The position numbers were made by a program, and so were the translations under genes. The notes under the pieces are model-generated. The model ran no database searches, was not told where the DNA came from, and was given only the letters and a program-made list of their open reading frames with translations. Below, in pieces: positions 19,575-27,847 of a DNA stretch of 64,000 nt; position 1 is the stretch's first letter; each line of letters opens with the position of its first letter. The stretch lies in sequence record NC_049849.1, one strand, 5' to 3'.

Positions 19575-19702
19575 TGGTATTCCTCAATAGATTTTTGAGG
19601 AAGGGTACGCCTGAGTGAAGAAACACCCAGGCGGTTCGAGCTTTGTATTTTGGACTGGTCTTGTTGCCAGCCTCAGACTTTCATTGCGAACGTCTACTCG
19701 AC

Positions 19703-19915
19703 TTAACGGCCTTGACGTGTGCGGATGTTCTGCTCCGCATCAAAGTCATTACGACAGTCTACATTGCAAAAGGTTTTCTTGCCCTGTACTTCCTCGCCGC
19801 AGTAATGGCAGAAGCCAGACGAGACATGACGCTTGGGTTGGTTTCGTACGTTGTTGATAGCGTCTTCAACGAACTGCAGACCGTTATCCGATCCATAGTC
19901 AACTGCTCTACTCAT
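19703..19915 (-). CDS. DksA/TraR-like C4 zinc-finger protein (DUF2116-like)
   Basis: N-terminal helix (AVDYGS...EDAINNVR) plus GFCHYCGEEV...FCNVDCRND. Confidence 0.65.
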   Translation of the reverse strand: MSRAVDYGSDNGLQFVEDAINNVRNQPKRHVSSGFCHYCGEEVQGKKTFCNVDCRNDFDAEQNIRTRQGR

Positions 19916-20260
19916 TTAGGTTCGATCCTGTTTAGGAAGCTCGCGACCGTATGCGCGATAGAGCGCTTCCTTTACGTGTTGATACTTCGCCTTCTCGTTG
20001 CGGTCCTGGTTCTTGCCAGACCGGTTAGTGAAGTACGATAGTTTGGAAATGGCTTGTTTGAATTCGGGGCACTTGGTCTTGAGTGTATTTACGATTTCCC
20101 CTACGCCTTTGGTGAACAGACCTTCCGGCAAGTCTTGTGCTGGATTGCGAGCTTTGCCTTCTTCCTTCTTTTCGGCATTGTCGATCCAGCGCTTAGGTGG
20201 CGGCTTGTTCTGGCGAGTAGGAAGCGCAGCACTCAAGCGCTGTGCAGCTAGGATTTTCAT
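19916..20260 (-). CDS. DUF3175-like protein
   Basis: DLPEGLF...IVNTLK...AISKLSYFTNRSGKN resembles the DUF3175 SAMSML.FY.NRAG.NL pattern. Confidence 0.5.
   Translation of the reverse strand: MKILAAQRLSAALPTRQNKPPPKRWIDNAEKKEEGKARNPAQDLPEGLFTKGVGEIVNTLKTKCPEFKQAISKLSYFTNRSGKNQDRNEKAKYQHVKEALYRAYGRELPKQDRT
20086..20093 (-). promoter_or_regulatory. TCGTAAATA motif copy
   Basis: Reverse-strand CGTAAATA inside the DUF3175-like gene, upstream of the TraR-like gene. Confidence 0.35.
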
Positions 20261-20352
20261 GGGCTATCCTCGGGTATATGTAACTCCTATTACCATGATG
20301 CTCGGGTCTGATAGAAGTTCAAGCGGGACACCGTAGCGCCCGCGTGTGATGC

Positions 20353-20361
20353 TATGAAATT
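20353..20361 (-). promoter_or_regulatory. AATTT(A/C)ATA motif, putative late promoter
   Basis: TATGAAATT on the + strand, upstream of the 20260 start. Confidence 0.5.
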
Positions 20362-20615
20362 TAGGTCGTGGTTTCTTCAATCTCTACGACAGGCAAGAAC
20401 ACTTGCAGCTTTCGCAAGTCAGTATGTATGACTTCCGAGCCATCCGGCAATACCGTGCGGGTCGTTATCGGGTAGCTGCGGATTTCATACGTGCGATTGA
20501 AGTCCTCTGGCATCCACTCGTCATAGAGAAAGAAGGCAGTGAGCACTACCTCCTTCTCAGGATTGTCGAACAGGAGCACCAAGATTTCATCCAAGTCAGT
20601 GCTGTTGGTTTCCAT
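20361..20615 (-). CDS. hypothetical acidic protein
   Basis: 84-aa ORF with GAGG RBS, in operon. Confidence 0.6.
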   Translation of the reverse strand: METNSTDLDEILVLLFDNPEKEVVLTAFFLYDEWMPEDFNRTYEIRSYPITTRTVLPDGSEVIHTDLRKLQVFLPVVEIEETTT

Positions 20616-20618
20616 GCT

Positions 20619-21209
20619 TTACCTCATGTTGGTGAACCAAATCACCTTCTGCGATTGGAACTTGATGCCCAAGTCGTCCATGATGAATTCAGACGTTACT
20701 CGCGCATCCGTATCAAAGGGCTCATCGCTCAAGAACTCAGCAGTCACGCTACTGGCATCGCGCTCGTCCGGGCCGTCCTCTAGGAACTCAGAGGAAACGT
20801 TGAACGACGAAATATCAGCCGGTGGCATCAAGATGTACTGCGGACTGAGAACCTTGGCCGCCACCGCCATAGTTGCGGGATACTCGTCGTCCATGACGAA
20901 GTCTGCTGCAACGTTGCGTACTTCAGGCTGTGCAGCAATGCGAACAAGAATCTGACGACCGACACTCGTGGCTGCCGTATCGGATAACGGCACGAAGCTA
21001 TCGTCGTTTTCCAAATACTCCATTGCCGCGCTGCTGATGTTAGGCAATGTCGTAACCAGAACTTGCCTACCAACCGCCGAAGCCTTCGTGTTCGCAAGAG
21101 TCGGTATCGTTAGGTCGTCACTGACAGCCTCGGACGTTACGGTGTTGACTGTTTCGTTCTCTAAGACGATGAACTGAGGACTTAGGACCTTACCATCTAT
21201 GTCGGCCAT
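20619..21209 (-). CDS. acidic protein built of short beta-strand-like repeats (virion accessory)
   Basis: Repeats KVLSPQ[FY]I x2, [AS]VGRQ[VI]LV x2, V[ST][AS][ED]F[LIV].D x4. Confidence 0.7.
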   Translation of the reverse strand: MADIDGKVLSPQFIVLENETVNTVTSEAVSDDLTIPTLANTKASAVGRQVLVTTLPNISSAAMEYLENDDSFVPLSDTAATSVGRQILVRIAAQPEVRNVAADFVMDDEYPATMAVAAKVLSPQYILMPPADISSFNVSSEFLEDGPDERDASSVTAEFLSDEPFDTDARVTSEFIMDDLGIKFQSQKVIWFTNMR

Positions 21210-21219
21210 CTAAGTCTCC

Positions 21220-23376
21220 TTACGCTGAGCGTTCGAGCGTCATGGCGACATTCGAGACAGCCCAATCAGTTCCACCAACAGGTTCAGTCAACAGCTGCTG
21301 AATCACCGTCGATTGATTCACGGGTACGTTGACTACCGTGCCTGCAGTCTGCACTTCAACGTCGTTGACCTTTGTGCCGAGTTTGACAGTCGGGGTCGTA
21401 AGACCAGAAGTACGCGTCAGGGCTACAGTGTTCACCATGCCAAGTACCCGATGCTGCGCCGGGACAACGAAGGTAGGCAACGAGTACTCATCCTTCTGAC
21501 CCACTGCCGAGGACTGCACCGACGACGTGCTGACAGACAAAGCTTGCTTGCCAATAGCCGTAGCGTTCGAAGCTTCGCTGGCAGGGGCCTTCTCCCATTG
21601 CTGCACCGGACTGGCATTTGCATTGTTGCGTACGACCTTCAAGCCGCCAAGATCACCCTTAGCTTTTCCGGCACCATCTGCAAACCAAATGTCATCGAAC
21701 ATATTGAGGCTGTAGTACGGCATCTGAAAGAAAGCATCGCTGTTGGCCGTTTCAGTCGTATTGCCGAGAACGACGCTCTTCTCAGTGTGGAGCACTACGT
21801 CATCGACCATCCACACAACGTCATAAACGAACTGCGCAGTGCGCGTGGCAATGATGCGATAGTTCGCCCACTTGTTGTCGCCAACCAACGTGGCAGGTCC
21901 TTGAACAAAGTTGCCGGTGCCGCTGTTGCGTTTAATCAGCGCATACGCAAAACCTGACGCGTAGCCGAAGGCAAAGTACTGACCAGAGTTCGTCGTGTCG
22001 ATTCTCAGATTGGGTCCCGCACTGCGACCAAAGAAAACTCCCATGTGAGGCAGCGACAAGACCACGGCTTGCTGGATCGCGCAGTTGGTTACGTAATCCC
22101 AGCCGCCGTCCACGTCAAAGGCACGACTGAAAGTACGCGTGGTGGTCGTAGACTGCCACAACCATTGCAGATGTACGAGCTTATCCTGGAACTGCCCGAT
22201 GTATGTTTGTCCACCCGCAAACAAGGATGGGTCTGTCTCACCAGTCACCCAGTTCTGGAAATCTTCCGTAACCAGCACTTGGGTTGATCCAACGTACACA
22301 GCATATTTGCCGGGCCGCAGCTCCCAAGTGCCATAAAAAATTTGGCTGGGTGTTGGCATTGCAATCGGTGTCCACGTAATCCCGCCGTCGAGGCTACTCA
22401 GGTAGAGGCCGGCTTGGCAAGCCATGACTGTGCGGCTACCGAAGACCGCAAGGTGCATCGGAGGCGAGGCGTTTGTGGTAGATACGTATTGCTGGGTCCA
22501 GGTAGCGCCGGTCGGAGAAGTCCATATCTGGCATCTGCTGTTGCTGCCGTTAGGCTCCACCCCGCCAACAATCCAAAGCTGCGAGGCTTGATTGTAGATT
22601 ACAGTACGCGCCGGGTTCGAGGTGCCCGCTGAGAAGTAGCGCCACCAACTGGACAACAGTGCGGGATTCGAACCATTAGTTGCCCAAATACACGTACCGG
22701 TGCCACCGCCTCCAGAACCGCCGACCCCAACGTACACATTGGTTACAGGATCGTAAGCAACATCCTGGAAGTTCATGGTGCTACCCGGCGAAGTTTCCGC
22801 AAAGCCTTCATACGGTCCGAGCAACGAATTCGAGAAACAGTTATACTGACCGATGCGCATGTAGTATTTGCCATCTGCCAGTTTCTTCCAATCACCGATC
22901 GTCTGACCAGCAGGAATATTGGAGGCAATTGTGATCGTTATCGGAGTATCAAAGAAGCCGCCGTCTACGGATTCAAAAATAGAATCAAGCCTTCCGCCTA
23001 GTGCAGCGATGAGGCGGCTAGAATCATCGCGCAGAAACGTAGTGTTCACCGGCAGCCCCGTGAACTGCGCAGCACGGCAGCCGAAGCTGAAGCCTCCGGT
23101 CGCATCCCAGTCGGCAGCTTTCGTCACCGACAGCTTTTTGCAGAACGTGTTACCGCCTGAGTTATCTGCCGTGAACGGAAACATACCACCTTGCGATATC
23201 GGCACGTTAGGACGAAGCAGAGTACGGCCATCAGGATACGACGCGGACTTGCCAGTGCATATTGCGTTCAGCTTCGGGTCTGTGTCGTTGCGAGCTGCCA
23301 GCCACACGTCTGGCAATGCTTTGAAGTCATCAGTGCGGCGCAGAGCCTCGCCGCCCTCTACAGAATGAATAGTCAT
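21220..23376 (-). CDS. receptor-binding/whisker protein: lectin-like domain with inserted BNR beta-propeller
   Basis: SxDGGxTW/TSPTGATW Asp-box repeats; C-domain shared with the next two genes. Confidence 0.7.
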   Translation of the reverse strand: MTIHSVEGGEALRRTDDFKALPDVWLAARNDTDPKLNAICTGKSASYPDGRTLLRPNVPISQGGMFPFTADNSGGNTFCKKLSVTKAADWDATGGFSFGCRAAQFTGLPVNTTFLRDDSSRLIAALGGRLDSIFESVDGGFFDTPITITIASNIPAGQTIGDWKKLADGKYYMRIGQYNCFSNSLLGPYEGFAETSPGSTMNFQDVAYDPVTNVYVGVGGSGGGGTGTCIWATNGSNPALLSSWWRYFSAGTSNPARTVIYNQASQLWIVGGVEPNGSNSRCQIWTSPTGATWTQQYVSTTNASPPMHLAVFGSRTVMACQAGLYLSSLDGGITWTPIAMPTPSQIFYGTWELRPGKYAVYVGSTQVLVTEDFQNWVTGETDPSLFAGGQTYIGQFQDKLVHLQWLWQSTTTTRTFSRAFDVDGGWDYVTNCAIQQAVVLSLPHMGVFFGRSAGPNLRIDTTNSGQYFAFGYASGFAYALIKRNSGTGNFVQGPATLVGDNKWANYRIIATRTAQFVYDVVWMVDDVVLHTEKSVVLGNTTETANSDAFFQMPYYSLNMFDDIWFADGAGKAKGDLGGLKVVRNNANASPVQQWEKAPASEASNATAIGKQALSVSTSSVQSSAVGQKDEYSLPTFVVPAQHRVLGMVNTVALTRTSGLTTPTVKLGTKVNDVEVQTAGTVVNVPVNQSTVIQQLLTEPVGGTDWAVSNVAMTLERSA

Positions 23377-23388
23377 TGCTGACTCCTA

Positions 23389-24567
23389 TTAAACGCTGGT
23401 CTGTCCGAACTCTGCGGCCCTGATAGATGCGTCAGTCCATGCGGTGTCATCCTTGCCCTGCTCTACGATCATCGACAACGCGCCAATGCCACGATCAACC
23501 ACACCGTTGCCGGTTTGCAGAGGATCAGCCGCGGTGTCTTTCATCGAAGGCAGGACCGACATATACTTGTTGGTCTGCAGTCTGTACTTCACGGCGTTGA
23601 CGTTCGCCAAGGTCACACCAACCGGCGGCACAAACTTGTACAGGTCCGTCTCATCTGACTGCAGAGCTTGAACGAAGTCCGTGCCGTTGGTCGCAGCAAC
23701 GTAGTTATCGACACCAGGAGCCGACGACTGCCATTGAATGATCGAGCCGTCGGCATCAGCCGTGAGCTTGCCAAACTGTTGCGGTTTCATTTCCGGCAAC
23801 GTGTTCGCGCCGCTAACCGCCGAGTTCGCCGTGCCGGTCGTGAATCCAGGCGGCCAGTCGGCATCAGCACCGGACACCGCACTCATAGTTTGCACGCTCA
23901 GCGAATAATCAAAGCTAGTCGAGCTGAACGGCAGCCACGAATCGGTAACGTTGTTCGGGCTGGTGCCTGCAATCAGAGTCACCGAAACGTTATCGGCCAC
24001 GGTAGCGCCAGAGATTCGGTACGTTGCCTTCACGCGATCAGCAGCAACTGCAGTGTTGTCGCAGTACAGGCGTACGTCGATCCAGTAGTACACGCCAAGC
24101 TGAATCGCGACCATGATAGGCGACGTGCCGATGGCAGACAGGTTGGTCGGAAACAGAAGGTTCAGGCCGTTGGTCGTGTTATTCAGAATGCCAATGATCG
24201 ACGAGAAGACCGTAGCTGCAGTTGCCGAAGAGCCAATGCCGATGACAGGCTGAGCAGCCAACGTGTTAGCCACGGTGTTGAAGCGCACCCAGCCGGCCCA
24301 CTGGAACAGGGCTTTGTTCGCATTCGCGCTACCAGAGCCGTTGTTCAGAATACCGGTCGACGGGAAACGGACACGCATAGCGGCCGCAGTAGTTGCCGAG
24401 GGTGCGCGATTGACGGACAGGCCGTAACCGGGGTACTTACCAGTCCCGGTTGTAACTTGAGGAGTACGAGTAGCATCCAGAACATAGAAAGGATGTCGCT
24501 GTTGAATGATGCCGAGGGGCAAATCGTTCCACGTTTGGAAACTTGCAATCTTCTTAGGGCGGGCCAT
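23389..24567 (-). CDS. paralogous receptor-binding/whisker protein (lectin-like, no propeller)
   Basis: C-domain QW....DNY.A...VQA...ETDLY...W shared with flanking genes. Confidence 0.65.
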   Translation of the reverse strand: MARPKKIASFQTWNDLPLGIIQQRHPFYVLDATRTPQVTTGTGKYPGYGLSVNRAPSATTAAAMRVRFPSTGILNNGSGSANANKALFQWAGWVRFNTVANTLAAQPVIGIGSSATAATVFSSIIGILNNTTNGLNLLFPTNLSAIGTSPIMVAIQLGVYYWIDVRLYCDNTAVAADRVKATYRISGATVADNVSVTLIAGTSPNNVTDSWLPFSSTSFDYSLSVQTMSAVSGADADWPPGFTTGTANSAVSGANTLPEMKPQQFGKLTADADGSIIQWQSSAPGVDNYVAATNGTDFVQALQSDETDLYKFVPPVGVTLANVNAVKYRLQTNKYMSVLPSMKDTAADPLQTGNGVVDRGIGALSMIVEQGKDDTAWTDASIRAAEFGQTSV

Positions 24568-24569
24568 AT

Positions 24570-26621
24570 TTATTCCTTGAGGATAGTTACTTGTGCGGTC
24601 TCGACTGCTTCACGCGTCCATGCTGCGCCGGTCGTCGGATTCTTGGGGAGCTTCTGCTTCACGGTGGTCCAGCTGCGCAGCGCTCCGGTCAACGTAATGC
24701 TAGAGGTCTCGGTAGTGACTCCACCGCTGACCGTGCCCAGCTTTACTTTCTGTGCAACATCCAACAGCTTAGAGAATGAAGCTTCGTGCGTCACTGACAA
24801 GACTGAGTACTGTGCGGGAATGGTTCCACCAAAGCCGTACGTATCACGCTGGCCGTTGTCTCCGGACTGTACCGAAGTGTTTGACGAGGTAGCACCATAC
24901 GTAGCCACTGCTTGATAGTTCTCAATCAAATCCGGCACTGGAATCCACTGCTGTTCACCAACGTCGGCATTCGGCACGTCACCAAGCACGCGCACGTCAC
25001 CGAAGATTGTGGGCTCTGGGAAAAACACCCAGTCGTCAACGTGTACGAACTGTGCGCTCGGACCAATCGAGAAAATCAGATTGTTGGTCGTGGTTATCGT
25101 TGACCAGCTGACCGTAGTCTCTGCCGTCTGATTGCCGTCGATGAAATACTGCAGATTGACCGAGGTCGGCGACGCTATCTCAGCTTTGATTTCGATTTGA
25201 TGCCATTCGTTGAATCCGATGGGAACGTTGGTGCTAGTAATCGCTGCAGCATTCGCTGCGATATAGAAGTACGAGTTCTGCTGAGGAGTAGACACCGAAC
25301 CGTTAGTTAGTGCAACGCCGCAGGGGGCTTGGCCAGTCGAAGCCGTACTGCCCGTAATGGTCGAGAAGAAAAAGCCCGTATGATTCGCAGTCGCGGTCAC
25401 AGTAGCTGCGGTAAGCGGGCACAATAGTTCCGGCACCCAGTTCTCACCGTTAGCATCGGAGCTGTAAATCCAGAGACCTCCGTTAGATACTGCATACGTA
25501 GCGACAAATCGACCATTGACGAACTGCAGGTCTTTGCTGAACGCATTGCTTAGCACGGTGGCGGAACTGCCAGTGTTAATCACTCTCCACGTCAAGCCCA
25601 GGTCGGTGCTAACGTACACCGTGGTCGTCGCATGACGGACAGCAACGATAGTCTCGCCGTTGTTCGCCATCGCGTAGAAGAAGTCGTTAACTGGAAGCGT
25701 CACGGCTTGCCACGTTGCACCGTTGTCTACCGAGCGCGCTGCGATCCCTTCGCCAACCGTGAGATAGCCAGTCGGAGTCGACACCACAGCACTGTACACT
25801 CCGCTACCTACAGTGGTTCTAGTCCACGTCGTGCCGAGGTCATTAGATACTCCGATGTATCCACCGTTGCCGACCATGACCCACGGCTTACCAACCGGAC
25901 ACGTTATGCCGTTGAGCTGCGTCGGCGGAGTCGCTACCACAGCATCGGTCCACGTCGTTCGGTCCGTCGAGTACTTCAAGAAACCGCCGCTCGGGCCTTG
26001 ACCAACTACGAAGAACTTGGAGTCTGCGAATTCGATAGCCTTGGCCGTCCAGACCTGAGTGCCAACTGGCATCTGAGTTCTCGTGAATCCGATATCCGGG
26101 TTGCCAGAAAACACATACCAGCCTTGATTACTGCCATTGCCCGAAGCGAACCACAGCATGTTAGTGCCGTCAGTGCCAGTCGCTTGTACCGAACCGTTAG
26201 CCGGCGTTTGCGTATTCGTTGCCGAACCGAACGCCCAGTTGCCGAGGTTAGGAGACACGCCGAAGTAGTCACCGGTGACCACACCAGAGGTCGGGACCAT
26301 CCACTGATCGCCGACATAACGCGGAACCGCCAACACCGAATTAGCGATCCAGGCGCGTACACGATAGGACATGCCGAAACCACGATTGGTTACCAGCGTG
26401 GCGTAAGACGTTCCGGTGTCAATCAACAGCGGAGTGTTGGTCGTTCCACCCGTGGGAGCGGCTGACGTATTTGTGCCGGTGACTCCGATCATGGCGCAAC
26501 GGCCAGACTGTCCAGCGTTACCTGCTGCAGTTCGTGCCGCTGTGCCTACGACGTAACCAGCGATTCGGAAGTCGTCACTGGTGGTGACGTTCTCGAATCC
26601 TTCAAAAGAATATTCACTCAT
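24570..26621 (-). CDS. paralogous receptor-binding/whisker protein with BNR beta-propeller
   Basis: FEGFE N-terminus; YSTDRTTW, VSNDLGTTW, RSVDNGATW, VSTDLGLTW Asp-boxes; GDVRV...QW...NYQAV...DTY C-domain. Confidence 0.75.
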   Translation of the reverse strand: MSEYSFEGFENVTTSDDFRIAGYVVGTAARTAAGNAGQSGRCAMIGVTGTNTSAAPTGGTTNTPLLIDTGTSYATLVTNRGFGMSYRVRAWIANSVLAVPRYVGDQWMVPTSGVVTGDYFGVSPNLGNWAFGSATNTQTPANGSVQATGTDGTNMLWFASGNGSNQGWYVFSGNPDIGFTRTQMPVGTQVWTAKAIEFADSKFFVVGQGPSGGFLKYSTDRTTWTDAVVATPPTQLNGITCPVGKPWVMVGNGGYIGVSNDLGTTWTRTTVGSGVYSAVVSTPTGYLTVGEGIAARSVDNGATWQAVTLPVNDFFYAMANNGETIVAVRHATTTVYVSTDLGLTWRVINTGSSATVLSNAFSKDLQFVNGRFVATYAVSNGGLWIYSSDANGENWVPELLCPLTAATVTATANHTGFFFSTITGSTASTGQAPCGVALTNGSVSTPQQNSYFYIAANAAAITSTNVPIGFNEWHQIEIKAEIASPTSVNLQYFIDGNQTAETTVSWSTITTTNNLIFSIGPSAQFVHVDDWVFFPEPTIFGDVRVLGDVPNADVGEQQWIPVPDLIENYQAVATYGATSSNTSVQSGDNGQRDTYGFGGTIPAQYSVLSVTHEASFSKLLDVAQKVKLGTVSGGVTTETSSITLTGALRSWTTVKQKLPKNPTTGAAWTREAVETAQVTILKE

Positions 26622-27847
26622 TGCCGTTTACCTATCAGGTTCAGTGAAATGCTTTCCAGGTTGGTAGTGGCGAATGCCCACTCCAGTACGTCACCGGAAG
26701 CAAAGCTCACGGGCAGACCGCTCGTTGACGTGAACGCAGAAGAGTTGCCAGTCATAATCAGCGTACCGACTTGGACCGGAGTGGTAGTGCCCGTCGCAAT
26801 CTTGTTCAGCGTCAAGGTAGCAGTGGTGCCTGCTGCGTAGCTCACAAAGGCTTTGGCTCCTGCAAAGTTCGCTTCGAAGTCCACCGGCTCTACAAACACG
26901 TATCGAATCGACTGCAGCAACGTCGGCTCGCCCTCTGCAAAGAAACCAACGTAAGCCGTTGCGGGATCGGGCGGCAGATTGTCGAGGTCGAGGTAGTCGT
27001 TGCTAGTCGCAACCAAGCCCAGGCCCGTGATCGACGATGCCGGTTGCGTGTGCGGAGACGGCGTAAAAGACGCTGGAATACCGGTTAATTGCGCATATGC
27101 ACCGGTTTTTCCTACGTCTGACAGTCCTGGCAGATTCGATGCGTCAATGGTCACGACGTTGGTCTGGCCGTTGACCGACACCACATCGCCAGTGATCAGC
27201 GGGATTTTATCCCAGCGCGTGCCCGAGCAAATGATCTGGTCGCCAACGTTCCAAGCACCGATGCCATCAATCACAGTGTTACCCGCGACCGAGACCGAGT
27301 AGTAATAGCCTTGCAACGAAGGATCAGCTGCCGGGATCGTCGGAGTGTTGGTCGACGCATCCCACACGCCTTGGTATCGTGGAGCACCCGTGATCGAACT
27401 CGGCAAGTATTCCGGCTTGATCGTATCGTTGCCGTCCAAGATATCAAGACCGAAGTCAGCGCGGGTAAGAACGACAACGCCAGTCTTGGCAATGCCGTTC
27501 TGCCCCTGCACCGAAATCATGGAAGCGCTGATCGTGCCATCGCCTGCAATCGTCACGCCGGACCCAGTCTTCACGCCACCAATGTCAGTAGCGTTAGCTG
27601 CAGGCAGCTCGTAGTTGATGATCGTCGGCTTGTCGTCCAGACTGTTATACGAGTTCGTAGTAGCTACCGGCGCAAGATCGGAAGCCGACAGACCACCAAC
27701 GACTACGATGGTGCCCGCCGATGACTTAGCAAAGATTTTGCCATCAGCAGTGTTGACTGCAAGCTCGCGCTCTGCAAGCTGCGAAGGCAGAGGAACTGCA
27801 CCCGGAGTGTGCGAACCTTTTATCTGAATTGGAATGTCAAGGTTCAT
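26618..27847 (-). CDS. fibre protein (Mtd_N / short-fibre-type N-terminus)
   Basis: IQIKGSHTPGAVP...LAERELAVNTADGKIF; LPAANATDIGGVKTG shaft repeat; YQGVWDASTN module. Confidence 0.75.
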   Translation of the reverse strand: MNLDIPIQIKGSHTPGAVPLPSQLAERELAVNTADGKIFAKSSAGTIVVVGGLSASDLAPVATTNSYNSLDDKPTIINYELPAANATDIGGVKTGSGVTIAGDGTISASMISVQGQNGIAKTGVVVLTRADFGLDILDGNDTIKPEYLPSSITGAPRYQGVWDASTNTPTIPAADPSLQGYYYSVSVAGNTVIDGIGAWNVGDQIICSGTRWDKIPLITGDVVSVNGQTNVVTIDASNLPGLSDVGKTGAYAQLTGIPASFTPSPHTQPASSITGLGLVATSNDYLDLDNLPPDPATAYVGFFAEGEPTLLQSIRYVFVEPVDFEANFAGAKAFVSYAAGTTATLTLNKIATGTTTPVQVGTLIMTGNSSAFTSTSGLPVSFASGDVLEWAFATTNLESISLNLIGKRQ

